A stretch of DNA of 64,000 nt from Clostridiales bacterium (GTDB lineage: Bacteria > Bacillota > Clostridia > Oscillospirales > CAG-382), in contig QAKH01000079.1 in the NCBI GenBank assembly GCA_003343885.1, forward strand, positions 60,607 through 124,606, given 5' to 3'. Both the position numbers and the translations under genes were made by a program. Shown in pieces: positions 1-10,600 of this stretch. Within the stretch, counting starts at the first letter, position 1. Every line of letters starts with the position of its first letter. Under the pieces are notes generated by a model. That model ran no database searches, had not been told where the DNA came from, and saw only the letters and a list, made by a program, of their open reading frames with translations.

Positions 1-1545
1 GTCGGCTTTATCGGGAAACAGGCCGCGGCCACCACCTCCATCGAGGCTATTCAGGGGCTTATCGGTTTCGGGAGTGCAGGGAAACTGTCTTTTGCCCAGA
101 GAAGGGCCATCGTTTCCACCATGCAGGCAGCAGGCGTGGCAGGCCGTGGAGCCATGACAAGGGCTTTGTTGGCCGGAGGCGGCACCATCGGGGCACAGAA
201 CGTTCTCAAGTCCCTGTTCGCCACACAGGTAGCTACCGGAACCGGACTGACCGGCGCTGCCGCCTCATTGAGCGCCATCGGTACGGGTGCCGTGGCGGCA
301 ACGGCCGGCATCGCCGCTTTGGTCGGAGCCCTGGGCTGGGTTGCATACAAAACCTGGAAGGTCAAAGAGGCCAAAGATGCCGTATTGGAGGAGATCGAGC
401 AGAACAGGAAATACCGCTACCCATCCATCGAAGCGCTCTACGCGTCGTTGAGCGACACTTACAGTATGGCCGTCAGGACCAAACGTGCGGTGGAGGAAGT
501 GGTGGCCGGAAAAACCATCGAGGAGGCATCAGGACATAAAATCGGCGCCTTTACGAAGCATTGGTGGGCGGGATTCATGGGCTCCTTTGCGGCCGCTTCG
601 TCGGAAGGCATGATGACTATCAACGATGTCTACAACATGGACGATGCCCGTCAGGATGATATCCGGGACGCCCTTGTCACGTTGGCCAAGCGGGACAGCC
701 AGACACGCATCAATTCGGCGTATGCCGAGCTCGGCAAACTGAACTCCGTGCTGGAGGTGAACGCTTTCCTGAATACCGTGCATGAACGCTTCGGGCAACA
801 GGACAAAGACCTCGACACGAGCCTGTGGCGAATGGTAAACGGCAAGGCGGTGTACAACGACAAGATCGGCGAGATGTCGGAAGCCGTAGCCGCACAGACG
901 TATGACTACGCCCAATACATCAACAATACGACCGTTCCCGAGATTGTCCGCGCAGCCACAGCCTACCGGGACGCCATATCCAGCACCGCCAAGGCTCAGG
1001 AACTCATGCGCAAGGGAGGCTTCGACTTCGAGCAACTGGCAGCCTGGGGCTATTCCCAGAATGCCGAAGGTCATTGGGTGCAGAAAAAGTTGGGAAGCAA
1101 CGCTACCGACGAACAACGTGTAGAGAACATCGCCCACCGAAAGCTGGCCCACACCACGTTGGTTAAGTTTTTTTCTTCCTTACGGCAAACTTTCGGTGGT
1201 TCGGCGGAAGCCGCAGAAAATATTCTCCGTGTGGCAGGCTTTACCCCGGATCTATACAGCAACGAACCCGACTCCAATGATACCAGGCCTTTCTCCAGCA
1301 ACCCGATTACCAACAACGGTCCGGATGACGGAGGGGCCGGAGGAAACTATTCGGGGACGGGACGCCTCTCCTCAGCGGCCCCCAAGCAGGTAATTGTCAA
1401 TATCGACAGTCTGCTGAGTGTACAGACCATCGATCTGATGAAATCTCAGGAAGGACAGACCGAAGAAATACAGAATCTGAAACAACAACTCGCGCAGGCG
1501 CTCATCGATGTCGTGCATGACTTCGATGCCTCTTGGAATGGATGA
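1..1545 (+). CDS. Tail tape measure protein, C-terminal part (5' partial)
   Basis: Frame 1 is open from nt 1 with no stop before the listed Met at 121. It has a Gly/Ala-rich hydrophobic stretch (GTGLTGAAASLSAIGTGAVAATAGIAALVGALGW) typical of tape-measure proteins. It sits directly upstream of the baseplate genes. Confidence 0.6.
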   Translation, partial: VGFIGKQAAATTSIEAIQGLIGFGSAGKLSFAQRRAIVSTMQAAGVAGRGAMTRALLAGGGTIGAQNVLKSLFATQVATGTGLTGAAASLSAIGTGAVAATAGIAALVGALGWVAYKTWKVKEAKDAVLEEIEQNRKYRYPSIEALYASLSDTYSMAVRTKRAVEEVVAGKTIEEASGHKIGAFTKHWWAGFMGSFAAASSEGMMTINDVYNMDDARQDDIRDALVTLAKRDSQTRINSAYAELGKLNSVLEVNAFLNTVHERFGQQDKDLDTSLWRMVNGKAVYNDKIGEMSEAVAAQTYDYAQYINNTTVPEIVRAATAYRDAISSTAKAQELMRKGGFDFEQLAAWGYSQNAEGHWVQKKLGSNATDEQRVENIAHRKLAHTTLVKFFSSLRQTFGGSAEAAENILRVAGFTPDLYSNEPDSNDTRPFSSNPITNNGPDDGGAGGNYSGTGRLSSAAPKQVIVNIDSLLSVQTIDLMKSQEGQTEEIQNLKQQLAQALIDVVHDFDASWNG

Positions 1546-2528
1546 CAAATATGGGAAGACTTTTACAAATGACCGCTTCAACCCTGTTAAGCGGCGGCAT
1601 ACTGAATAACGGAACGCTGGGCGGCTATATCAGCAACGCAACCCGCCTGGCATTGGGCATGGGGCTGGCAGAGCTTCAGGAAGGCCAGGTCCATTATTTC
1701 TCCAAGCATCATGATCTGTTGAAACGGGCGGCCATACAAGTCGCCTCGCAGACGGCATACGGTCTCTTGCGGTCGTACCCGCGTTATCTCAAATATTGGG
1801 AACAACGGGTACGCGACAAGTATCTGGAAGCCCAGTCCCAGTCGAGCCTAGCCAACAAGACCGGGCAGTATTACCAACTTATCAAGGAGCAGCAGGCGGT
1901 GGCCCAAAAAAAGAACTATACGGATACGATCGTAGGCCGTACGGTGGCGGATTATCTGGAACTCTCCATCTCGAAGGAAGGCCGGTATTACGACAACAAG
2001 GAATGCAAGGTAGAACCCAACACGAAATACGGGCTGGTGACATTCGTGGACCTCGGCCCGCAGGTTCAGGTGGCAAGTCGTAACAACATACTTCTGACAC
2101 AGGTACAGGGGCGTGACTATACGCGCAAGGAATTTATTTCCGGCGGTGATCTGGAAATTACCATCAACGGGAAAATCACCTCGAAATATCCCGACGTGTA
2201 CCCCGAAGCGGAAGTGTCGAAGTTCTTGCGGCTGATGCAGTACAAGGGCGTCATCGAATGTGACAACACCGTCCTGAGGCAGTTCAACATCACGCAGCTC
2301 ATCATACAAAGCTATACTTTACAGCCAACGGACTGCCGGAATGTGCAGCCATACTCGGTGACCTGCGTGGCTGTCGAGCCTTCCGAGGCGGTAGAGGTGA
2401 AACTGGCCGAACAGGAAGTGGTGGACACGGCCATCAAGCACACCAACAAATGGATCAAGTATGTTAAATTCGGTACGGAGGTTGTCGATCCGGCGTCCTT
2501 GCTCAAACTTACACAATTATGGCTGTAG
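1542..2528 (+). CDS. Phage tail/baseplate-associated protein, function unassigned
   Basis: Long ORF. The ATG at 1542 overlaps the tape-measure TGA (ATGA), while the track start at 1533 is TTG. Its position between the tape measure and the gpD-like hub matches the P2/Mu gene order. Confidence 0.55.
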   Translation: MTNMGRLLQMTASTLLSGGILNNGTLGGYISNATRLALGMGLAELQEGQVHYFSKHHDLLKRAAIQVASQTAYGLLRSYPRYLKYWEQRVRDKYLEAQSQSSLANKTGQYYQLIKEQQAVAQKKNYTDTIVGRTVADYLELSISKEGRYYDNKECKVEPNTKYGLVTFVDLGPQVQVASRNNILLTQVQGRDYTRKEFISGGDLEITINGKITSKYPDVYPEAEVSKFLRLMQYKGVIECDNTVLRQFNITQLIIQSYTLQPTDCRNVQPYSVTCVAVEPSEAVEVKLAEQEVVDTAIKHTNKWIKYVKFGTEVVDPASLLKLTQLWL

Positions 2529-3877
2529 CGGCTATGGACGTGCTGTGTTGCCGCATCACGGTCGGCGACCCGGACCCCAACAATCCGATGAAGATACTGA
2601 ACGGGGTGGAGATGACGGAGGTACACACAATTGAAATCAACGAGAGCTACAAGAAGTTGATAGGGACAGCCAAAGTAACTTTCCCGAAAGGCTCGGTCTG
2701 CCGTTCAACCATCATCGGCAACATAACTTTGGAAGGCAGGGACGCATCCCGTCTGACGACCGAAATCATGGAAGACGGCGTGCTCATCGAAAAGCGCACG
2801 ACCCAGCGCCTTGTGGACGAGACGACTTTCAAGATCGGCCAGCGCATCAATATCAAACTGGGCTACAACGGGGCCTTGAAAAACATGTTCGACGGATATA
2901 TCACGGCTTATAATTCGGACAGTCATTTCGAAATCGAGTGCGAGAACATGGCCTACAAGCTCAAGTTGAAGACGGCGCCGAAGTTCGAGACACCCGTCGA
3001 GGGTACGAAGGTGGCCGACGTGCTGGGCGAGCGGTACGGACTGCTGAAAGATACGGGCTTCGCGCTCCACAGCCAGACACGCCGTTTCGACATCGAGGTC
3101 GGCAAGATCAAGGTTACGGACAACTTCACCGTGGCCGATGTACTGGAGGCATGGAGCCGCCACAAGGTCTACTGTTTCCTCAAGTACGACAGCTCCTCGG
3201 ACGATGCGATGCCCGCGATCGCCGTGGGGCGCCCGTACTCTGCGTCCCCGAGCCAGCCTCAGTTCCCCTCGGACGGCGAAGGGCCCTTCGTCATACGCTT
3301 CGACAGACATGTGGCGCAGAACAATCTGAAGGTGCTGCGTACGGACCCGCGCTTTCTGGCCGTGCAAGCTAAGGCGTTGGGGGCAGACGAGAAGTTCTTC
3401 GAAGTCACGGTACGCCTGAACCCAGACTATGACCCTTCGAATCCCGACAGCAAGGAGTTCCAGACGGTCAATGCAACGCAGATCTCGAAGAAGACGCACA
3501 AGATAACGGGCAACACCACGGCCGCGGGGGCCGACACCCGCACGAAGGTCGATCTTTCGACCTATACGGTGGTGCCGTACACCTCGACCAATATGCGGAT
3601 CACTTCCGACAAACTCGTCGAGGAGGCCATTGAATACTTCCGGGCCTACAATCTGAACGGCATCACGGGCCACCTGACGATCTTCGGCGACCATGCCCTC
3701 ACACCTGCCTGCCAAGTGGAACTTAGCGACGAGCGCAACCCCTCGAAGAACGGCGTCTACCTTGTCGAAGAGGTCACAACGACATTCGGCACGGGAGGCT
3801 ACCGTCAACGCATCTCGATTCCCTACAAAATCAAAGGAGAGAAAATGACTTACGGGGACGGAAAGAAAAAGAACTGA
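2519..3877 (+). CDS. Baseplate hub / late-control gpD-like (Mu gp44-like) protein
   Basis: 452 aa. The block GQRINIKLGYNGALKNMFDGYITAYNSDSHFEIECENMAYKLK...VADVL resembles the conserved gpD-type core by eye. Synteny just after the tape measure supports the call. Confidence 0.5.
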   Translation: MAVAAMDVLCCRITVGDPDPNNPMKILNGVEMTEVHTIEINESYKKLIGTAKVTFPKGSVCRSTIIGNITLEGRDASRLTTEIMEDGVLIEKRTTQRLVDETTFKIGQRINIKLGYNGALKNMFDGYITAYNSDSHFEIECENMAYKLKLKTAPKFETPVEGTKVADVLGERYGLLKDTGFALHSQTRRFDIEVGKIKVTDNFTVADVLEAWSRHKVYCFLKYDSSSDDAMPAIAVGRPYSASPSQPQFPSDGEGPFVIRFDRHVAQNNLKVLRTDPRFLAVQAKALGADEKFFEVTVRLNPDYDPSNPDSKEFQTVNATQISKKTHKITGNTTAAGADTRTKVDLSTYTVVPYTSTNMRITSDKLVEEAIEYFRAYNLNGITGHLTIFGDHALTPACQVELSDERNPSKNGVYLVEEVTTTFGTGGYRQRISIPYKIKGEKMTYGDGKKKN

Positions 3878-3895
3878 CGTTTTCCGAATGCGTCG

Positions 3896-4936
3896 TTATT
3901 TTTCATTGAGTTCGTTTTCGATTTCCTCGATGGAAGGGAGCGTATTTTTCAATTCTTCAGAGGTTACCTTCATCAGATCGTACTGCGATATGCCGAGGGG
4001 TTGATTCGTTCCTTCCAATGCGTATTCTGCGACGACTCTGTCTTTTGTTTTGCATATAATCAGTCCGATCGTCGGATTGTCTTCAGTGCGTCTAAGCTGC
4101 CTGTTGACAGCAGTAACATAGAAACCTAACTGTCCGAGATACTCCGGTTTGAACTCGGTTACTTTCAGCTCCACGACCGTATAACACCTCAATTTCAGAT
4201 GGTAGAATAGCAGATCTATGAAGTATTCGTTTCCGTTTACCTCCAGTCTGACCTGCCGTCCGACGAATGCGAATCCAGAGCCCAATTCGAGCAGGAAACG
4301 GGTGATGTTCGTGGTTAGGGCATCTTCCAATTCTCGCTCATTGTAGTTCTCACGCATGGTCAGAAAATCGAAATTGTATGGATCTTTCAGCGTCTGTTGT
4401 GCCAGGTCACTCATCGGCTCGGGAAGGTTTTTGCGGAAGTTCGTCAGGGCCTTGCCCTGCGTTTCGAACAATCGGGCATCGAGGAAATTTAGCAGCACGG
4501 CACGGCTCCACCCGTTTTCAAGAGTCTTGCCGACATAAAACAGAGCCTCGTCGATGGTGCGACACTTGGTCAGTATTTCGATATGATGGCGCCACGGGAT
4601 TGAAAATATCGGGGATATTAATTTGTCACCAACTTGGTGACGAATTGTATCGGATTGGCTATAAAATAAATAAAAGCGTTTGCAGTATTTCAGGTTCGTA
4701 GGTGAGAACCCCTGCATATCGGGAAAATCGGCTTTCAGATCGCGGCTCAGGGTGTTGAAAAATCCATTTCCCCATTTCGCTTCCGCCCGGCGTTCCGCGA
4801 TCTCTTTACCAAGATGCCAATACAAGCGCAACAACTCCGTATTTACTCTTACAGCAGCTTTTATCTGGCTTTGGCGGATATGCTGCTTTATCTCCGATAG
4901 CCACTGTTTGTAATCTTTTGCGAGGTCGCCGATCAT
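3896..4936 (-). CDS. yhcG: DUF1016 / YhcG-type PDDEXK-fold nuclease-like protein (moron inside the baseplate module)
   Basis: 346 aa on the opposite strand, visibly more AT-rich than its flanks. The end-to-end sequence pattern (WHLGKEI..., FSIPWRHHIEIL, YNFDFL, FAFVGRQVRLEVNGNEYFIDLLFYHLKLRCYTVVELK, GQLGFY) matches my recollection of the YhcG/DUF1016 family with its D...E-x-K core. Confidence 0.8.
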   Translation of the reverse strand: MIGDLAKDYKQWLSEIKQHIRQSQIKAAVRVNTELLRLYWHLGKEIAERRAEAKWGNGFFNTLSRDLKADFPDMQGFSPTNLKYCKRFYLFYSQSDTIRHQVGDKLISPIFSIPWRHHIEILTKCRTIDEALFYVGKTLENGWSRAVLLNFLDARLFETQGKALTNFRKNLPEPMSDLAQQTLKDPYNFDFLTMRENYNERELEDALTTNITRFLLELGSGFAFVGRQVRLEVNGNEYFIDLLFYHLKLRCYTVVELKVTEFKPEYLGQLGFYVTAVNRQLRRTEDNPTIGLIICKTKDRVVAEYALEGTNQPLGISQYDLMKVTSEELKNTLPSIEEIENELNEK

Positions 4937-4952
4937 TGTGCCATTGTTTTCG

Positions 4953-4960
4953 CAAAAGTA
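4953..4960 (-). promoter_or_regulatory. Candidate Bacteroidetes -7 box (TACTTTTG) for the DUF1016 gene
   Basis: The reverse strand reads TACTTTTG, which fits TAnnTTTG, about 17 nt upstream of the ATG at 4936. The -33 partner is imperfect (TTTC). Confidence 0.4.
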
Positions 4961-5051
4961 ATGATTTTATGCGGATAATCTGGCGAAAGACACTGCATTA
5001 TCACCGTAATGCCCCGATTTTTCCTATTCCTTATGAAAAGCGACTTAGGAT

Positions 5052-5960
5052 ATGGGACAGAAAAGCAAACTCCTCGAGAGCGGCGGCAGCCAGACAGTGA
5101 TCCGCGAGGCGATCCGGCGTATCGCGCTGGGGCGGAGCATCGACCGCGTGGACATGTCGCCCGGCGGCACGGGCGGCGTTGGCACGGCACGTCTTATCCA
5201 CGGTTATGTGGCCAAGGTCCATGACGACCCTTCGGATGCGGAGTTCGCCGAGTACGGCGGCACGATCGACGTGGGCGAATATCCCGACGAGACGGCCTCC
5301 ACGGAGCCGATCATCCATAAGGGCGTGCTGCTTGCAGGTACGCAGGATAACAGCGGCGGCGTGCTGCTCGTTCCGACACTGCTCTCGGACGTTACGATCG
5401 TTTCGGATGCCGCCACGCGCGCGATGTATGTCGTGAACTTCTCGCATGCCGACGTGCTGCAATACAACGCGCACCGCGAGGTCACGATCGGCGTTCGAGA
5501 GACTGAGGAATTGGATACCTCGAGCGACTCGTCGCCCGACTACGACGAGCTGGAAGCTACAGGTAACGAGGCCGCGACGCACTATACGGCCGAGGGGATT
5601 ACGTCAACGGTCAGAAACGACGGCGGCAAGGAAACATCCGTTACGCAGGATGCTGAAAATATCGCCCTGAAGGTCGACCGTGGCGAGCTCAACCTTTCGA
5701 CAGACAAAGCCGAGACGAAGGTCGGCGGGCAGGCCGTAACCGTCACAGGGCAGAAGATCACCCTCGGCGCCGAAGACGCCACGGAACCCATGGTGCTGGG
5801 ACAACAGCTCGCGCAACTGATGATGGAGTTTCTCACGGAGTGTACGAAGGTGATGACTCCGACACTCATGGGTACGATGCCTGCGGTCAACGCTCCGAAT
5901 TTCGCGCCCCTTATCTCCAAGATCCGGAACTTCCTCTCGCAAACCTCCTTCACGAAATGA
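5052..5960 (+). CDS. Phage baseplate structural protein (possible gpV/Mu gp45-like central spike)
   Basis: 302-aa ORF directly after the hub gene (ignoring the moron). Its TGA overlaps the next ATG. The functional call rests on position only. Confidence 0.45.
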   Translation: MGQKSKLLESGGSQTVIREAIRRIALGRSIDRVDMSPGGTGGVGTARLIHGYVAKVHDDPSDAEFAEYGGTIDVGEYPDETASTEPIIHKGVLLAGTQDNSGGVLLVPTLLSDVTIVSDAATRAMYVVNFSHADVLQYNAHREVTIGVRETEELDTSSDSSPDYDELEATGNEAATHYTAEGITSTVRNDGGKETSVTQDAENIALKVDRGELNLSTDKAETKVGGQAVTVTGQKITLGAEDATEPMVLGQQLAQLMMEFLTECTKVMTPTLMGTMPAVNAPNFAPLISKIRNFLSQTSFTK

Positions 5961-7615
5961 GCGTCGAGAAAGACCCCGCCATCGGCTCCCTTACGCCGGG
6001 GAGCCTCTGCCACAGCATCTATACGGAACTTTACAACCGGTTCTTCAACGCGCAGGACCGGCGGGACGACGAGCATCCGTGGGGCGTGGAGGAAGGCGAC
6101 GAGACATCGATCCGGCTGCACAATACGGCCTACGGCTTTGCTGCAGCCATTGCGGGGGCCGTAGGCGGCGATGGCAGCAGTGAAGGCGGCATCCTCATCG
6201 AGTACCTGCGTCGGAGCGGCGGGGATATGTCGGGCCTTTTAAGGGCCCACTACGGCTTCGAGGCGGGTGCGGGTAACCGGACACTTCTTGCGGCCTACAC
6301 CCGTGATGACGGTGCCGGTATCCGCTTCGCAGAAGATATCGACGTGCAGGGCGGCGTCCTGCTTTCCGGACATAGGGTTATCGGTTACGATATCCAGAGC
6401 GACCGTATTACTCTCTCGGCCGCGAAGCTTGATCTGGGCGCAACGGTTCTCACATCGCAGGCTTCAATCCTTGTGGGTGCGGACGACAGCGGCGTACGGA
6501 TCGCCCCGGATAATATTACGGTTGCAGGCAACGCGGTCTTCCACGGCGGCAATGCCAACTGCGCGGATGCGGACTGGACGATGCGCGACGCGAAGGTCGC
6601 AGGCACGTTGTCCGTTGCAGGAGCCGTCGAATTGTCGGGTACGCTTCAGGCCCTGCACGGCGCGGAGCTGGGTACGGCAGGCAAAACGCAACTTCTGCTG
6701 GGCACAGAGTGCCTCACGGCTTTTGCAGACCTCGCCTTGGCCGAGGGATGCGGAATCCGTATGGGCGGCTACACGGTGCTGAAACATGTGTCGGAGACGG
6801 AAGTGCAGCTCTCGGGCGCAAGGGGCAGCCTCTTGCTAGGCGGCGCCCACACCTCGCGTATCCGGCTGCTCTCGGGACTGATGGATACGGATGACAGTTA
6901 CATGCTTCTCTCACCGCACGGAGCAGCCTATTTCCCCGATTCACTTATAGTACGCCACAGTTTCGGCGAGGTGCTGCTTTCAAGCTACCGAACCAATTCC
7001 TCGGATGAGGGCATCACAATCCATAGACGACTGCGGCTGGGCTCGAACACAGGAGCGTATCTCTGTGCGGAGGACGGGGGCATGGCGCTGCACGGCGTCT
7101 TTACGCGGACGCTTCCCGAGGACGGAGCGACGGAACGCACGGCACTGGGCACGCGACTCCGTTACCGCTATTCCGCCGAAGACACGCTCGGCGAAAAGAG
7201 TCCGGCAGGCGTCCTCTCCATAGAAACGGATGCCGCCGCGGTACTTTTCGAAAGTCCGATCCGCAGTGGTAAATCCTTCGGAATCGCCGGTTCCGCAACC
7301 CGCCTTGCCAGCGGTGTCCTATACTTATCCGAAGGGCTCTTCATCTCGGCCGGGGCGGACGGCATCACGCACTACGGCAACACCTACCTCGCGGGCGACG
7401 TGACGAGTGCACGCTTCACGCCGGGGCTCGCGGGCACAGGCTGGGGCGTGCAGCGCAGCGCCGCAACGGGCAATGCCGCGGCAACGTTCGACGAGCTGAC
7501 CGTCCGCAAGCGGATGCGCATTTACGAACTGGAAATACAGAAGACCGATGTCGTTGGCGGAGCGCTGTGGATCAGCCACAGCTTCCGCGGCGACGAGGTC
7601 GAGAGAATACACTGA
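5957..7615 (+). CDS. Phage structural protein (baseplate/fibre-associated), function unassigned
   Basis: The in-frame ATG at 5957 forms an ATGA overlap with the upstream stop. The listed ORF start at 5840 would overlap the upstream gene by 120 nt. Coding is continuous to 7615 in a Gly/Ala/Leu-rich beta-like sequence. Confidence 0.6.
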   Translation: MSVEKDPAIGSLTPGSLCHSIYTELYNRFFNAQDRRDDEHPWGVEEGDETSIRLHNTAYGFAAAIAGAVGGDGSSEGGILIEYLRRSGGDMSGLLRAHYGFEAGAGNRTLLAAYTRDDGAGIRFAEDIDVQGGVLLSGHRVIGYDIQSDRITLSAAKLDLGATVLTSQASILVGADDSGVRIAPDNITVAGNAVFHGGNANCADADWTMRDAKVAGTLSVAGAVELSGTLQALHGAELGTAGKTQLLLGTECLTAFADLALAEGCGIRMGGYTVLKHVSETEVQLSGARGSLLLGGAHTSRIRLLSGLMDTDDSYMLLSPHGAAYFPDSLIVRHSFGEVLLSSYRTNSSDEGITIHRRLRLGSNTGAYLCAEDGGMALHGVFTRTLPEDGATERTALGTRLRYRYSAEDTLGEKSPAGVLSIETDAAAVLFESPIRSGKSFGIAGSATRLASGVLYLSEGLFISAGADGITHYGNTYLAGDVTSARFTPGLAGTGWGVQRSAATGNAAATFDELTVRKRMRIYELEIQKTDVVGGALWISHSFRGDEVERIH

Positions 7616-10600
7616 TGGCAAAGGTCGATTATCCGATATACAAGATCCGCCGGGACCCGCACTCGAAGAAGGTGCAGAGCCTTGCAGTCGGGGATGTGGT
7701 GCGGCGTTCGTATTATGATGCTCCGCGGCAGGTCTATTCGCTGATGGTTGTACTCGATACCGGCACCGAGACTATCGGGAATGCCGAGGTTCCGTATTTT
7801 ACCGGGGCCCTTATCGAAGGAGATGAACCCCGTGGGGAGGAGTTGCTCGACTTCGTGCGTATCACGAACCTTTTCGATACGCAGCGCAGCGGAGCTCTCT
7901 ACCTCACGGCATCGGACAGCGATGCTCCTTACATGGATGTGATCGACTCTCTGGGAAGCGACTTCTCGCTGCTGTACCCCACGATGGGCGGAGGCGATCA
8001 GTATGCTGCGGATCGCAGTCGTTATGCCATGCAGGGAGAGTCGTATCTGACAGAGACCTATACGCAGAGCGAAGGCAATGTTTCGAGGATCTACCGTCTG
8101 ACACGCACGTCGTACGAGGGTACGGGAAAATACGGATTGAAAATGGTTCCGGAGGAAACGGTGAAGGCACCTGAACGGATTCTCGTCTCGTTCAGAATCC
8201 GGGCTTCCGAAACGCTGGAGAATATTCCGGTAACATTCGGATATACGGATGGCTCGCAATCGGATTATTCCGATACACTCGACGCGGATACGCAGTGGGA
8301 ATACCGTTTGGCAGTCTTCACTGTGGACTATTCCAAGCTGTATCAGCGGGCATTCGAAATAGATCTTACGGGTCGACTCGCTCAGGAGTCGTGGCTGGAG
8401 ATAGCCGAACTCAACGTCGTACGTCTTTCGGATCTCGGCGCCTTCGCTCAGGCCGTCAAGGGGCGTATAGGCAATATCAGGGGCATCGTCGATTCCGTTT
8501 TCGGTACGCTGGAAGACTACGGGGCTTATTTCAAGAATCTCTATGCTTCGGGGAACGTCCACATCGCCGGTACGCTGACGGCTGCCGACGAGCAGGGCTT
8601 CGGAAGTACCTTTTACGTGGGTCGTATCCATCGGAACAGCTTCCCGAACAGCTTGCATCCGGCTTTCCATACCAAGTACGAAGCCTTCCCCGACGGTTCG
8701 CCCACAGGCATCGGGGGTTATTGTCATATCTCTTCGGGGACATCGCTTTTGGAAGTATTGGACGAAGTGTGGGCCCGCGACCATCAAGGGCAGAGGTACT
8801 GCTTCTCCTTCTGGGCACGGACAAGTTCTCCTCATACCCTGACCGTAGGCCATGCCCATCAGCCGCAAGTCAGTATCGACCTGACCCGACAGTGGCAGCG
8901 CTTCCATTATTCGTTTTGCGTAGAACGCGTGCAGGGGTCGAAGCCGACCTTCTCCTTCACCAAGGGCAAGGGTTTCTATTTCGCAGCGCCCCAGCTGGAG
9001 CCGGGTTCCCGCCCCACGCCGTACCAACCTACGGACGGGGTGCTGCGCGATACAGACGAGTACGGGGCATGGTTCGCCCGCGGCGGTATCGGCGGTACGA
9101 TCCAGCACCCGCTGTTGCGGCTCGACGACGACGGCTCGGTCCGGGCGGGCGACGACTCTTTTGTCATCAACTCCGACGGCACGGGACACTTCGCCTCGGG
9201 ACGTTTCCGCTGGACGGCAGATACGATTGCCCTTCAGGACTTCACGATACGCTGGGAAGACTTGAGCGAGGAGGCCCGCGAGAACCTCAAGGGCGAGAAA
9301 GGGGACCCCGGAAAACCCGGCAAGGACGGAGTATTGCCGGACTGGGTTGCGGATTGGGACAGCGGGAAGACCGTCATCGACGGGAGCAGCATCATCACCC
9401 CTAAAATCTTTGCCGGAGTTCGCAACAGCGACGGTACAATCACAGGCGTTGCGCTGGGACGCTACGAGCTGCTTTCACGCAATGAGGCCGGACAGTTCCA
9501 GAGTGAGACGATCGACGGGCTGTACGGTTTCCACAGCGGACAGCAAACATTTGCCATAGATACGACGGGCAGCGTAACGTTCGGCCGTGGCGAAGAGTCG
9601 ATCCGTTACGATGCCTCGACGGGGAAAATCTCGTTCGGCAAAACGGTTTCGATGCAGTGGATCGGTGCGACCTACATCGACAAGGACGGTCTTTTCACGG
9701 GCACGCTCTCGGCCGATACGGTGCGGACTATCGTGCTCGACGCCGGGCAGATCACAGCCGGAGTCATCGATGCGGAGCGTCTGAATGTCGACGAACTGAA
9801 AGCCCGGCTTCTGACGGCCGAAAATATCGAGGCCCTGACGCTCGACGTGGAGCGCGGAACGATCGGCGGCTGGACGATCGACAGCGAAGCGATTTTCCGC
9901 GGGGCGAAGAACAATACCCCCGGCGGCTATACGGCAGGTCCGGGCGCCATGACACTCTCCTCGAACGGTCTGCGCGGCTACCGGTGGCGTCTGGAGTCTT
10001 CGGGCGCCGGAGCATTGGCCGGAGGCAACATCCTTTGGGACGATTCGGGAAAGGTAACCTTCTCCGAGGCGGTGAGCTTGCAGTGGACAGCACCTTTGGA
10101 GGCCATTACCGAAACTCTCGAAAAGGAGGTTTCGCCCCGGTTGACGCACATCACTTCGGAAGGTATCTACACAGGGACGCTCACGGCCGCACAAGTCAAT
10201 GCCGCCGCGCTCGACGCAGGCAGCATCCGCACGGGCACGCTCTCTGCGGACCGCCTCGCCGCGGGCAGCATCAAGGCCGAGAAGCTCGATGCGGCCAGTA
10301 TCCGTGCCGACATCATCAATGTCGCCTATATTAGCGGTTTGGAACTGAACTTTACGCGCGGCAGGATCGGCGGCTGGACGGTCGGGGCCTCGACACTCGC
10401 AAGCAGCCATATTCTGCTCGATAGCGGCAACCGGCGTGTGGCGGTCTACGGTGCGGGCGGGAGCTCCACGGCAGGACACCGCGTGCAGATCTACTATAAC
10501 TCGGACAGAGACTTCGGCCTGTGGGCGTCGGATGCTTCCGGGACGCGTGTCGCCGCGCTGGGTTCCATGAATCAAATCGCTGGGTGGAATATCGAAGCTT

